DNA of 64,000 nt. Source: an uncultured Gammaproteobacteria bacterium (lineage in GTDB: Bacteria > Patescibacteriota > Patescibacteriia > CAZSQN01). The notes beneath the pieces are model-generated. The model was not told the DNA's origin and did no database searches. It saw only the letters and a program-made list of their open reading frames with translations. Both the position numbers and the translations under genes were made by a program. The stretch spans positions 278,117 through 342,116 of the forward strand of contig CAZSQN010000001.1 of assembly GCA_964609095.1 (NCBI GenBank), given 5' to 3'. Below, one piece after another: positions 54,615 to 64,000 of this stretch; position 1 is the first letter of the stretch; the number at the start of each line of letters is the position of its first letter.

Positions 54615-55283
54615 ATGGCAACCGAGCTTTGCGTTGATGTTCTCTCGACCGGCGGGAACGAGGATGCTCAAGAACCTCGCAATCCGCTTCTGCGGGAGAA
54701 GCGCCTGTTTGAGCAGGCGGTTTCAGATTACTGTGATTCTTTTTTCAGCAAATTTCCGGAGTTGAATCCGGCAAATCAAATCGGCGATTACGGCTATTGG
54801 TTGTCCCGAGCTTCGGAACAGGGTCTTTCCGCAAATAAGGAGAAGATTCTTTTTCACCTTTTGTTCAAGAGGTGGAAAAAGAGGAAGAACTTGGCGGTCG
54901 CGCTCTCTGACCCGGAGTCCTACGAGCATAAGGTGAGTTTTCTTCTTTACTTTTTGGTAAAGAAACTGCGGCCCATTTTTGCCGCCAAAGAACTTGATGC
55001 CGTTATCCGGGAAGAACTGGTGAGTTTGTTAACTGTGGATTGGACTTGGGAAACATTAGAGAAAGCGCATGGCCGAAGCAATGGCTTGGCGCTGTTTCTT
55101 CTTGACGCGCTCGGAGAATTTTACCATTTGGGAAGATATAACCCCTTTTCCGCCAGATGGCAAGAGAACAATGTCGGCCGGCATTTGGCCGAGGATGCTT
55201 TGCGCGAGCTTCGCCGCCGCCTTCAGAGGGGACGGATTGGCCAAGACGATCCTTGGTGGCCAAAAGAGGCCGCCGAAGATTAG
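54615..55283 (+). CDS. Hypothetical protein
   Basis: The SD ggagg precedes the ATG at 54615. A 222-aa protein with no recognisable family. A terminator follows. Confidence 0.5.
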   Translation: MATELCVDVLSTGGNEDAQEPRNPLLREKRLFEQAVSDYCDSFFSKFPELNPANQIGDYGYWLSRASEQGLSANKEKILFHLLFKRWKKRKNLAVALSDPESYEHKVSFLLYFLVKKLRPIFAAKELDAVIREELVSLLTVDWTWETLEKAHGRSNGLALFLLDALGEFYHLGRYNPFSARWQENNVGRHLAEDALRELRRRLQRGRIGQDDPWWPKEAAED

Positions 55284-55306
55284 ATGTACTTTTTTCAGGG
55301 TTTTTG

Positions 55307-55338
55307 CCCGGTGCCGAAGTTTGGCATCGGGCTTTTTT
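55307..55338 (+). terminator. Rho-independent terminator
   Basis: The sequence is gcccggtgccgaagtttggcatcgggcttttttg. Confidence 0.75.
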
Positions 55339-55482
55339 GCTGCCTCGATGGCAGCATCCCGATAACCTTGCGTAATAATAAAAAAAGAATCGGGATGATG
55401 TCTTGATAATGGGATTTGTTTGCTATATATTTTTATATTTGTTATATTGCTCATGATAATCTAATCCATAAAATTAAACATT

Positions 55483-56634
55483 ATGAAACGCTTTATTGCT
55501 TGTTTTTCCATAATTTCTTTAATGCTGGCACTTGCGCCCTCTGTCGGCGCAGAAGGCCGCGGCCGTTATTTGGTGCGTTCCGGAGACGCAGAACTGCGCG
55601 CGAGGCACGGCGTGTCTCATGAATTTGCGAACGGGTTCACAACCGACCTTACGGATACGGAAGCGGCAGAACTTCAGAGGTCGGGAGTGGCAGTTGAACA
55701 AATGGTGTTGCTGTCTATTTTGGAAAGAAATGATGCATCAGGCGCTAAAGGCAAGCCCGGTTCCGGTGTTCGGCTTACTCCTTCCGACCAGACGCCGTGG
55801 GGAATTGAAAAGGTCTATAATGACGCCGGCATTGCCGCCGCTTCCGGAGGGGCCGGAGTTCAAGTAGCTATTTTGGATACCGGCGTAAATAAAAATCATC
55901 CTGATTTGGCTCGGCGCGTAGCCGCTTGCGTTGATTTTACCCGCGGCGTGCGTGTGGGCTCTTGCGACGATAAAAACGGGCACGGCACGCATGTGGCCGG
56001 CACCATTGCCGCTGACGGCGGCGCTGACGGACGCGGCATTTATGGCGTGGCGCCCGAGGCAAACATTTTGGCTTACAAAGTTTGCGGCCCTGATGGTTCC
56101 TGTTGGTCTGATGATATTGCTTCCGCCATTCGCTATGCTGCCGATAACGGCGCGGAAATTATTTCCATGAGCTTGGGTTCTGATGCGGAAAGTTCGCTTA
56201 TCCGCGACGCTGTTTCTTACGCGGTTGGAACCGGAGTAATGGTTGTGGCGGCCGCCGGCAATGACGGACCTGCTTTGGGCAGTATTGACTGGCCCGGAGC
56301 TAATCAAGATGTTGTTGCCGTTGCGGCGATTGATTCCTCCGAGGCGGCGGCGGATTGGAGCTCGCGAGGGTTAAACGACGGAGATTATGTTGTTGAGGCG
56401 CAAGAGGTGGAATTGGCCGCGCCGGGCGTAAATGTAGAATCAACTTGGAGGGACGGGGGATACAGAACGATTTCAGGCACTTCCATGGCGACTCCGCATA
56501 TTTCCGGCTTGGCGGCAAAACTATGGCAGGGAAGTGGCGCTTCTACGCGCGCCTATCTCCAATCGCTCGCCCGCGACCTTGATGCCGTTGGCGATGACCC
56601 GGCAACCGGATTCGGACTGCCGTATGTGCATTAA
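55483..56634 (+). CDS. Secreted subtilisin-like serine protease (S8)
   Basis: It has a signal peptide and the catalytic triad motifs VAILDTGV (Asp), HGTHVAGTIAA (His) and GTSMATPHISG (Ser). Confidence 0.9.
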   Translation: MKRFIACFSIISLMLALAPSVGAEGRGRYLVRSGDAELRARHGVSHEFANGFTTDLTDTEAAELQRSGVAVEQMVLLSILERNDASGAKGKPGSGVRLTPSDQTPWGIEKVYNDAGIAAASGGAGVQVAILDTGVNKNHPDLARRVAACVDFTRGVRVGSCDDKNGHGTHVAGTIAADGGADGRGIYGVAPEANILAYKVCGPDGSCWSDDIASAIRYAADNGAEIISMSLGSDAESSLIRDAVSYAVGTGVMVVAAAGNDGPALGSIDWPGANQDVVAVAAIDSSEAAADWSSRGLNDGDYVVEAQEVELAAPGVNVESTWRDGGYRTISGTSMATPHISGLAAKLWQGSGASTRAYLQSLARDLDAVGDDPATGFGLPYVH

Positions 56635-56739
56635 ACAGAAATACGAATTATATCCGAATTACATACAAATGATACGAATATTAACCGCTCCCTTTGCTTG
56701 GGGAGCGGTTTTGATATAAGATGGGTTAGAAATTCTCAT

Positions 56740-58794
56740 TATCAATTTTTAATGAAAATTCAAAATAAAAATTTAAATTGGGAACGCGAATTAAATGCCG
56801 AACAGCTCCAAGCTGTCCGCAAGGGCGACGGGCCTTGTCTTGTGCTGGCCGGAGCCGGAAGCGGCAAGACGCGCGTGATCACTTATCGCGTGGCGCATTT
56901 GCTCCAAAACGGCGTCCATCCCTCTTCTATTTTGCTTCTTACTTTCACCAACAAAGCGGCAAACGAAATGATGGAGCGCGTCGCCAAGCTGATTGGCGCG
57001 GAGGGCAGCGGAATCTGGGGAGGAACTTTTCATTCCATTGCCAATCGCATCCTGCGCGCGTTTGCCCGGCTTTTGGGCTATAGCGAAAAATTCGTCATCC
57101 TGGACCAGGAGGACAGCCGCGATCTAATCAAGATTTGCGTTAGAAATTCAAATCTTGACGCGGGAGGAAAAATGGCTCCTTCCGCCGCCGTGCTCCAAAA
57201 TATCTTCAGTTTTTCAAGAAATTCCAAAATATCCATAGAGGAAACGGTTGAGGCAAAATATCCGAAATTTTTTGATTTTCTTCCGGAAATTGAAGATATT
57301 TCGCGCGCCTTTGCGCGGCGCAAACTGGAATCAAACTTGATGGATTTTGACGACCTGCTTTTGAAATTGTCGGAATTGCTCAAAGCCAATGCGGCGGTTC
57401 GCGAGCGGCTGGCGCGGCAATTTAAATATATTTTGGTTGACGAATACCAAGACACCAACCCGATTCAGGGCGATATTGTGGACGCGCTCGGCTCGGCGCA
57501 TAAAAATATTTTGGTGGTGGGGGACGACGCGCAGTCAATTTATTCTTTCCGCGCCGCTACGGTGAAAAATATTTTGGAATTTCCAAGCCGTTATCCCGGA
57601 GCAAAAATTTTTAAATTAGAAACCAATTATCGTTCAACCCCGGAAATATTGGATGTGGCCAATTCCATTATCATCAACAACGCCAATCAGTTTTCCAAAC
57701 GGCTTAGGCCGGCGCGGAGCTCGTTTGCCAAACCAACTCTCGTGCCCGCCGGAGATCAGCGAGAAGAAGCCGAATTTGCGGCAGAGCGCATTCTGGAACT
57801 GCTTAAGGAGGGAGTCGCGCCTCATGAAATCGCCGTGCTTTTCCGCGCCACGCACCATTCGCAAGCGCTGGAAATGGAACTGGTGAAACGCGGCATTCCA
57901 TACGAGTACAGGGGCGGACTTAAATTTTTTGAACGCGGGCACGTGAAAGATGTTTTGGCGTTTTTGCGCGTTTATTCCAATCCCAAGGATGAGGTTTCCT
58001 GGATGCGGGTATTGTCTTTGGCGCAAGGCATTGGAGCGGCCGGCGCGGAGCGCCTTACGGAGCGTTTGCGCGGAGCAAAAACCTTTTCCGAAGCGCTGGA
58101 GACGGATTTTGCCGATTTGCTCACGGCAAAATCCGTCCTTGGCTGGCGCGATATCATGTCAGTTTTTGATAAATTGAAAAGCGTCAAAGGATCTGAACCC
58201 AGCGTTTTAATCCGCGCCATTACCGCGTCCTGGTATAAGGATTATCTGGAAGCGGAATATCCAAATGCCGAAGAACGGCTGGATGATTTGGAGCAAATGG
58301 CGCTTTTTGCGGATAAAAGCGCGGAGCTCGCCGCCTTTCTCGGCGAAGCCGGACTGGCTGATGACTTCGGAGTTTTGCGCGGGCGCGCCGAAGCTGATTC
58401 CGGAGCCGAGCGCATTACGCTCTCCACCATTCATCAGGCCAAGGGTTTGGAGTGGGACACCGTATTTTTAATTCGCCTTTCCGACGGCGATTTTCCCAAC
58501 AGAAGGGCTTTGGCCGAAGAGGGCGGATTGGAAGAGGAAAGGCGTTTGTTTTATGTTTCCGCCACCCGCGCCAAACGTTTGCTTTATCTTTCGTATCCTT
58601 TTTCTTCCGGTTTTGGCGCGGCTTCTTTTGGCTCGTCTATGTTTTTGGATGAAATAGACCGCGATCTGCTCGCGCGGCGTGAAACATCTTTTGGCGGCGG
58701 AGAGGAAATCATAGAACTCGGCGGTGATGGCGAGTTTAAGGAAAGCGCAAAGAAAAAGCCGCGAAGCTATTTAAGGGATATAAATGATTTGTAA
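56740..58794 (+). CDS. ATP-dependent DNA helicase UvrD/PcrA family
   Basis: It has Walker A (AGAGSGKT), and the motifs YILVDEYQDTNPIQ, VVGDDAQSIYSFRAA and TIHQAKGLEWD. Confidence 0.9.
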   Translation, partial: YQFLMKIQNKNLNWERELNAEQLQAVRKGDGPCLVLAGAGSGKTRVITYRVAHLLQNGVHPSSILLLTFTNKAANEMMERVAKLIGAEGSGIWGGTFHSIANRILRAFARLLGYSEKFVILDQEDSRDLIKICVRNSNLDAGGKMAPSAAVLQNIFSFSRNSKISIEETVEAKYPKFFDFLPEIEDISRAFARRKLESNLMDFDDLLLKLSELLKANAAVRERLARQFKYILVDEYQDTNPIQGDIVDALGSAHKNILVVGDDAQSIYSFRAATVKNILEFPSRYPGAKIFKLETNYRSTPEILDVANSIIINNANQFSKRLRPARSSFAKPTLVPAGDQREEAEFAAERILELLKEGVAPHEIAVLFRATHHSQALEMELVKRGIPYEYRGGLKFFERGHVKDVLAFLRVYSNPKDEVSWMRVLSLAQGIGAAGAERLTERLRGAKTFSEALETDFADLLTAKSVLGWRDIMSVFDKLKSVKGSEPSVLIRAITASWYKDYLEAEYPNAEERLDDLEQMALFADKSAELAAFLGEAGLADDFGVLRGRAEADSGAERITLSTIHQAKGLEWDTVFLIRLSDGDFPNRRALAEEGGLEEERRLFYVSATRAKRLLYLSYPFSSGFGAASFGSSMFLDEIDRDLLARRETSFGGGEEIIELGGDGEFKESAKKKPRSYLRDINDL

Positions 58795-58862
58795 ACAATC
58801 GTTTGAAGAAGGCGGCTGTTGCCTGTACAATAGATTGTGAAGAAGTTATTTAATCAACAATT

Positions 58863-60188
58863 ATGCTTTTGCGTTACGATTATTCAAATATGTTTGCCGG
58901 CGGCGCTGTTTCGGAAGCGGAATTTTTAGCCGCTACTTCCGCGGTCGCGGATGTAAGAGACGGACTTTTTGCGCGGCGGAACGAAGTCGGTTTTTTGGAT
59001 TTGCCCGATTCACGGACTTTGGCTCTGATTGAAGGCGCGGCTAAAAGATTCCGCCAAAAATTTGATAATCTTTTAGTTATCGGAATCGGCGGCTCTGACT
59101 TGGGAACCCGCGTTATCTACGACGCGTTTACCCCCGCCTCGGCGCGAGAGAAGAAAAGAGCAAAAGGCGGGGCGATGAAGCTTTATTTTTTAGGCAATAC
59201 CGATCCGGAAGAGGCGGCGGACGTCTTGGAGCGCCTTAATCTGCGCCGGACGGCAATAAATGTTGTTTCCAAATCCGGAGAAACCGCCGAGATAATGGCT
59301 AATTTTTTGTTGGCGCGAAAGCAGCTTGAGAGAACTGTTGGAAAAACAAAAGCCGCGAACCACATCATCGCCACCACTGATCCCGCGTCCGGATTTTTGA
59401 GAAAACTGGCAAGGGAAGAGGAGTGGGCGACATTGCCCATACCATCTAATCTGGGCGGACGGTTTAGCGTGCTTTCCGCGGTCGGCCTTTTTCCGGCCGC
59501 CTGCGCCGGAATCAAAATATCTTCACTGGTTTCCGGCGCGCAAAAAGTGATAAATGACGAAAAAAACGCCAAAACTTTTACTTGCGCCGGCGCTTTCGCG
59601 GCCATGTCCCATCTTTTGTATAAGAAAGGAAAACATATTTCCGTGTTTATGCCCTACGCCAGTTCGCTCCTGCCGTTCGCGGTTTGGTTTCGCCAGCTTT
59701 GGGCGGAAAATCTGGGCAAGAGCGAAACTATTGGCCCGACGCCGATCGCGGCCTTGGGAGCCACCGACCAGCATTCCCAGCTTCAGCTTTATCAGGACGG
59801 GCCGAAAGATAAAATGATAACTTTTCTTGAAGTGGAAAGATTTAGAAAAAATCTGCAAGTCCCGACATATTTTAAAAACAGAACCGGCGGGCTTGCCGTG
59901 CAGGGGCATTCTTTTGAAGAGATAATTCATGCCGAGCGCGCTTCCACAGCCGAGGCGCTAAGAGCGGGCGGCAGGCCCAACGGGACATTGTTTGTGCCGA
60001 AAATTTCCGAAGAAACCTTGGGCGCGCTGTTTCAATTTTTTATGGCGAGCTCCGCTTATTTGGGAGGGCTGTTTAAAATAAACGCTTTTAACCAGCCGGG
60101 AGTGGAGGCAATGAAAAAGAATTTGATAGCCAGACTTTCCGGAGAAAGCCGCGAGGCCGCGCCAAGCAATAAATCAATTTCTTATTAA
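58863..60188 (+). CDS. pgi: Glucose-6-phosphate isomerase
   Basis: The SIS-domain motifs GIGGSDLGTRV and SKSGETAE are present. Confidence 0.85.
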   Translation: MLLRYDYSNMFAGGAVSEAEFLAATSAVADVRDGLFARRNEVGFLDLPDSRTLALIEGAAKRFRQKFDNLLVIGIGGSDLGTRVIYDAFTPASAREKKRAKGGAMKLYFLGNTDPEEAADVLERLNLRRTAINVVSKSGETAEIMANFLLARKQLERTVGKTKAANHIIATTDPASGFLRKLAREEEWATLPIPSNLGGRFSVLSAVGLFPAACAGIKISSLVSGAQKVINDEKNAKTFTCAGAFAAMSHLLYKKGKHISVFMPYASSLLPFAVWFRQLWAENLGKSETIGPTPIAALGATDQHSQLQLYQDGPKDKMITFLEVERFRKNLQVPTYFKNRTGGLAVQGHSFEEIIHAERASTAEALRAGGRPNGTLFVPKISEETLGALFQFFMASSAYLGGLFKINAFNQPGVEAMKKNLIARLSGESREAAPSNKSISY

Positions 60189-60192
60189 GGAT

Positions 60193-61455
60193 GTGAAAAC
60201 CGCGCGAGCAATTTTTATCACCGCGCTTATCGTTGCCGCCGGAGCGGCGCTGCTTTCATATTTAAATCTTGCCGGCAAATTGCCCGCGTCAATCAGTTTT
60301 TTAAAAAGCCGTCGCGACGAGGAATTGCAGCGCCGGCCATCAATCATAGCCCCGCTTCTTCCGTCCGAGCTTAAAGAAACAGAGCTTGAGGCGCCGTTCC
60401 CGCTGCGCACGGCCGAGCTGGGGGCCGTAAGAAAGCTTTCCATCCCCAATGGCTGGAAGGCAAACATTTTTACTTCCGAAGTTCCAAGAGCCAGATTTTT
60501 CGCTTTGCGCGAAGACGGCGTGCTTTTTTTATCTCTTTCCAAAGAGGGCAAAGTTGTCGCGCTTCCTGATAAAAATAAGGACGGCGTCGCCGACAGGGTT
60601 ATCACCGTTGCCGACGGGCTTGATTTTCCGCATGGCCTGGCTTTTCAAGGTCCCTGGCTTTATGTGGCTGAAACATCAAGAATTATGCGCTATCGCGACC
60701 TGAACGGCGATTATATGCCGGATCTAAAGCAGAGCGTTGTTCCCAATCTTCCCGAAGGCGGAAACCACATCTCGCGCACGATTGCTTTTGGGCCGGACGG
60801 GAAATTGTATGTTTCGGTCGGCTCTTCGTGCAATGTTTGCGTGGACGACCCGCGCCGCGCCGCCATTTTGCGTTTTGGCCCAAACGGCGAGAATGAAGAA
60901 ATTTTTGCCTCCGGTTTAAGAAACGCGGTGGGAATTGTTTTTCATCCCGAAACAGGCGAGCTCTACGTCACGGATAACGGCAGGGATTTTTTAGGCGATG
61001 ACGAACCGCCGGAAGAAGTGAATATAATCAAAGAAGGGAAAAAATACGGCTGGCCCGGATGTTTTGGAGACAGGCGGCCTGATCCGGATTTAAAGACATC
61101 ACAAGAGTATTGCGATATGACGGAGCGGCCGTATCTGGCGCTCGCGGCGCACAGCGCGCCTTTGGGCCTGCGCTTCTTGGAAGACGAACGGATTCCTTCC
61201 GAATACAGAGGGAGTTTGCTGGTTGCCTTTCACGGTTCTTGGAACCGCAGCGTACCTACCGGTTATAAGATATTGCGCGCGAGAAAAACTCCCACGGGGG
61301 AGCTGGTTACGGATGATTTCGCGACCGGCTGGATTAGCAACGGAGAAGTGTGGGGGCGTCCGGTTGATATTATTACCGGTTCTGACGGAGCCGTTTACGT
61401 TTCTGATGATTTAGCCGGAGCGGTGTATAGATTCACCCCGCCGGGTAAAGAATGA
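60193..61455 (+). CDS. PQQ-dependent sugar dehydrogenase-like beta-propeller (GSDH/YliI family)
   Basis: It has a signal/TM sequence and the motifs HGLAF..., GPDGKLYVSVGS, LRNAVGIVFHPETGELYVTDNGRD and GWPGCFG. Confidence 0.65.
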   Translation: MKTARAIFITALIVAAGAALLSYLNLAGKLPASISFLKSRRDEELQRRPSIIAPLLPSELKETELEAPFPLRTAELGAVRKLSIPNGWKANIFTSEVPRARFFALREDGVLFLSLSKEGKVVALPDKNKDGVADRVITVADGLDFPHGLAFQGPWLYVAETSRIMRYRDLNGDYMPDLKQSVVPNLPEGGNHISRTIAFGPDGKLYVSVGSSCNVCVDDPRRAAILRFGPNGENEEIFASGLRNAVGIVFHPETGELYVTDNGRDFLGDDEPPEEVNIIKEGKKYGWPGCFGDRRPDPDLKTSQEYCDMTERPYLALAAHSAPLGLRFLEDERIPSEYRGSLLVAFHGSWNRSVPTGYKILRARKTPTGELVTDDFATGWISNGEVWGRPVDIITGSDGAVYVSDDLAGAVYRFTPPGKE

Positions 61456-61473
61456 AGTTTGGGGCCCACATCA

Positions 61474-61503
61474 AAGCCGCCCTCTGCAAGGCGGCTTTTG
61501 GTT
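61474..61503. terminator. Bidirectional terminator between convergent genes
   Basis: The sequence is aagccgccctctgcaaggcggcttttgg. Confidence 0.65.
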
Positions 61504-61523
61504 TTGAAAAATCGTTCAGTTAT

Positions 61524-62192
61524 TTATTTCTCTTTTTTAACCGATACCGCAATAAAAAATGTGCCAAGATTAAGATTTTCCACTTCAACATTTCCAAAAA
61601 TTTCTTTCATTTTTTCCGGAATATTTTTAGAAGGATCCCAGGCGGCGAATTTTGAATAAATTATTTTAACTAAAGGATTAAGAAATTTTAGGAATCCCGT
61701 AAAAAGACGAGCGTCGCAAACAACCAATTTCCCTCCAAAGCGAAGAACATCGTGACATCTTTTAAGCGCTTTTTCCCAATCGGGAATCGCGCTAATTCCA
61801 AGAACGCTTACAACGCCATCAAAATTGTTTTCGGTTATTTTAAGTTGTGCCGCGTCGCCCTGAACTAATTTTATATTGCTCCAGCCATTTCGCTTAGATA
61901 ATTGTTTTGCGGCATCAAGCATCTCTTGGCTATAATCAAAACCTAGGATAAAACCATCTTTACCGATCGCTTCTATTATGTAAGGAAAATTTTTACCAGA
62001 ACCGCAGGCAACTTCCAGGGCCTCGCCGCCTCTTTTTAACCCCATCTTTTTAATTGCTCGGCTTCTTATGTTTTTTGCTCTTCCTAAAAATGTGACTATA
62101 TCTTGGGCGCTGTAAAGAGAGGGAAATCTTCCCCAAAAGGAATATACTTTTTTTACCTTCTTTAATTTGTCCGTTTGTAAATCTTTGGTCAT
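61524..62192 (-). CDS. Class I SAM-dependent methyltransferase
   Basis: It has motif I (LEVACGSGKN), an acidic motif II (ILGFDYSQEM) and the methyltransferase-11-like fold. Confidence 0.8.
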   Translation of the reverse strand: MTKDLQTDKLKKVKKVYSFWGRFPSLYSAQDIVTFLGRAKNIRSRAIKKMGLKRGGEALEVACGSGKNFPYIIEAIGKDGFILGFDYSQEMLDAAKQLSKRNGWSNIKLVQGDAAQLKITENNFDGVVSVLGISAIPDWEKALKRCHDVLRFGGKLVVCDARLFTGFLKFLNPLVKIIYSKFAAWDPSKNIPEKMKEIFGNVEVENLNLGTFFIAVSVKKEK

Positions 62193-62252
62193 TTTTTATA
62201 TGGATTGAATAGTTTATAAAAACTTTATTATAAGCGGCCCCGTAGCCAGATT

Positions 62253-62342
62253 GCGTATAACGTATGCGACTATACGAAGTTGGCGAAGCTAATTTGGGAA
62301 ACCGAAGTGCAACGAGGTTTCCGTATAGTCGCTGTTATACGC
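62253..62342. repeat. attC-like imperfect palindrome (about 90 bp) with internal hairpin
   Basis: Left arm gcgtataac-gtat-gcgactatacg pairs with right arm cgtatagtcgc-tgttatacgc. The central hairpin is gggaaaccgaagtgcaacgaggtttcc. The terminal GTATAAC/GTTATAC resemble the integron core sites RYYYAAC/GTTRRRY. Confidence 0.45.
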
Positions 62343-62413
62343 CCCGACGACTGAAAGGAGGAGAGCGCAGCGGGGCACGGAGCGTAGCGGAGTGAGTCGA
62401 GAAAATATTTCAT

Positions 62414-62950
62414 CTATTTAGGGGCTTTTTGTTCATTAAGTTTCTGAATACGTTTATTTAGTAAAGGGGTAAAATGATTTTTGTAGCGTTTCTGAAGATC
62501 TGATAATCGCCAATCTTTTCCAGTAATTTTTTTCCTGCATAGAGAAGAGCCACAATTACAATCCCATTTTGCCACATAATTTTCATCAGCTTCCCACAAA
62601 ATGTAATCAGCGGTGAGTTCTTCATTTGTATGTATATCTCTACGCGCAACAAGGGTGAAAGCATTTTTCATCCAGACATTGGGGTCACAAGAATGATTTA
62701 TGAAATAAGTAAGGTCATCGCCGCGCTCTTCAACGGTAAATAAATCCTCATCGAGTTGCATAACAACTTTTCCCTCTTGATTTTTAGCTTTCATCGCTTC
62801 TTCTTTTGAAACATAATCACCACCCCAAATGATCACCATTTCACCTGCTCTGATATTCGCTTTTGCAAACATTCCTCGACCCTGAAGCGGCGATGATCGT
62901 ATTTCAACTTTTGAACTCAACGATGATTTCTCGGGATATTTTACTTTCAT
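62414..62950 (-). CDS. SET-domain protein (putative protein-lysine methyltransferase)
   Basis: It has the SET motifs GRGMFA, NHSCDPN and ELTADY, and a post-SET Cys cluster CNCGSSLC. Confidence 0.8.
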   Translation of the reverse strand: MKVKYPEKSSLSSKVEIRSSPLQGRGMFAKANIRAGEMVIIWGGDYVSKEEAMKAKNQEGKVVMQLDEDLFTVEERGDDLTYFINHSCDPNVWMKNAFTLVARRDIHTNEELTADYILWEADENYVAKWDCNCGSSLCRKKITGKDWRLSDLQKRYKNHFTPLLNKRIQKLNEQKAPK

Positions 62951-63109
62951 ACTTAATTAATTGTGGCTCTCCGAAGTTTATAAAATTTGTTGCAAAAAGC
63001 CCCTCCTAAAATATTTTCTCGATTGCGTATAACTCGTTTATATATTGAGTGTTGGTTTAAAGTATACAATAATTTGTGTGTTATATCAACCTTGTGATAA
63101 GGTTACTAC

Positions 63110-63922
63110 ATGGCCAATCTATTGGATATAGTAAGACGAGAAATGAAATTGCGCAATTACAGCCCAAAAACAATTGAGGCATACACGCGCGTGATAAAAG
63201 ATGCCTATGTCTTTTTTGGACGGTCCTTGCGAGAGGTTTCGGCGGAGCAGATAAAAGAGTATTTGTACGTTAAGCAGAAACAAAAATTATCCAGCCAAAC
63301 TATTTCTCTCTACGGCAACGCATTGAATTATTTATACACGCAAATATATCGTCAGGATAATTTTCATAAATTTTCTCATCCCAAACGATCACAGCGCCTG
63401 CCTATAGTATTAAATAGAGATGAGATTCATCGCCTGATTGAGCTAACCGCAAACCCCAAACATCGGGCTATTCTTGCTCTAACCTACGCGGCCGGGTTGC
63501 GCGTGAGCGAGGTGGTCAAAATGCGCGTGCGCGACATAGATTTGGAAGCGCTCACGGTAACGGTTAGGCAAGGCAAGGGCAGCAAAGATCGGCTGACGGT
63601 ATTTTCTGAAAAGTTAAAGCCGGTTCTTACTGCTTTTATTGCCGGCCGATCAGGTGATGAACATCTGTTTATAAGCGAGCGAGGCGGCGGACTTACCGCG
63701 GCAACCGCTCAAAAAGTTTTTCACCAAGCCATGCGGCGCGCCGGTATCCAAAAAGACGCGACCTTTCATTCGCTGCGCCATAGTTTTGCCACGCATTTGC
63801 TGGAAAATGGCGTTGATGTGCGCTATGTTCAGGAACTTTTGGGACACCAAAACATCCGGACAACGCAAATATACACTCATGTCACCAATCCAATGCTAAA
63901 AAACATCAAAAGTCCGTTATAA
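63110..63922 (+). CDS. Tyrosine recombinase (XerC/XerD/IntI-related integrase)
   Basis: It has an N-terminal SAM-like domain. The catalytic residues are R (AGLRVSE), the HxxR motif (LRHSFATHLL) and Y (IYTHV). The sequence is strongly IntI-like around MRVRDIDLEALTVTVRQGKGSKDR, but it lacks the roughly 30-aa IntI-specific insertion. Confidence 0.85.
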   Translation: MANLLDIVRREMKLRNYSPKTIEAYTRVIKDAYVFFGRSLREVSAEQIKEYLYVKQKQKLSSQTISLYGNALNYLYTQIYRQDNFHKFSHPKRSQRLPIVLNRDEIHRLIELTANPKHRAILALTYAAGLRVSEVVKMRVRDIDLEALTVTVRQGKGSKDRLTVFSEKLKPVLTAFIAGRSGDEHLFISERGGGLTAATAQKVFHQAMRRAGIQKDATFHSLRHSFATHLLENGVDVRYVQELLGHQNIRTTQIYTHVTNPMLKNIKSPL

Positions 63923-63932
63923 TATAGATATA

Positions 63933-64000
63933 ATACGAATTTACGAATAAAATGCGAATCCACGAATATGCGAATTCGCGAATCCGCGCGATTCGCATAG
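63933..64000. repeat. GCGAAT/ATTCGC palindrome-family tract at the window end
   Basis: The tract is acgaatttacgaataaaatgcgaatccacgaatatgcgaattcgcgaatccgcgcgattcgcatag. Confidence 0.7.

Noticed and set aside
62262-62280. Partial resemblance of the 13 bp ctatacgaagttg to the loxP arm ATAACTTCGTATA.
   Set aside because: Only one arm-like half matches, with no 8-bp spacer and no symmetric partner. It is treated as coincidental, and the segment is interpreted as part of the attC-like palindrome.
63110-63922. Calling the recombinase a bona fide integron integrase, IntI.
   Set aside because: The region between box II and the HxxR motif is only about 55 aa, which is Xer-like. It lacks the roughly 30-aa IntI-specific additional domain, so only 'IntI-related tyrosine recombinase' is claimed.

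Overview
This 64-kb window is a gene-dense, repeat-rich bacterial segment of about 50% GC. It contains ordinary housekeeping genes interspersed with several families of short dispersed repeats and a few compositionally atypical, GC-rich insertions. The overall look resembles a small-genome uncultivated bacterium; assigning it to the Patescibacteria/CPR is inference only.

The housekeeping genes are:
- a partial dcd gene at the left edge;
- the secE-nusG-rplK-rplA cluster;
- thyA-folA, gyrB, an ftsW/rodA-family gene and rplY;
- prmC and prfA, rpmE, rpsB-tsf;
- a glycolytic set: gap, pgk, eno, gpmI and pgi;
- tgt, mutM and a uvrD/pcrA-type helicase.

I found no rRNA genes, no convincing canonical tRNA genes and no CRISPR array.

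The most unusual locus spans about 22,470-25,910. It is a GC-rich island (about 56-60% GC; flanking DNA about 35-45%) that encodes a full-length homologue of the eukaryotic major vault protein (MVP). Immediately upstream lies an approximately 550-nt non-coding, highly structured, GC-rich transcript unit with its own promoter and a strong terminator; I could not classify this RNA. The island is bounded by a MITE-like repeat on the left and palindromic sites on the right.

Other loci worth a second look:
- an integron-like arrangement at the right edge: a tyrosine recombinase, a 90-bp attC-like imperfect palindrome, and a SET-domain gene cassette bounded by inverted and direct repeats;
- duplicated promoter/5'UTR and terminator modules around small-protein genes, with a small-RNA locus between them;
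- a 98-bp perfect direct repeat bracketing a gene inserted between prfA and prmC;
- two MITE-like palindromic element families, one of which supplies the RBS and start codon for downstream genes;
- a GCGAAT/ATTCGC palindrome family upstream of many genes;
- TTTAGGG-type repeats;
- a frameshifted four-helix-bundle (23S rRNA IVS-type) gene;
- a 638-bp near-perfect tandem duplication inside a large FG-GAP adhesin-like gene.
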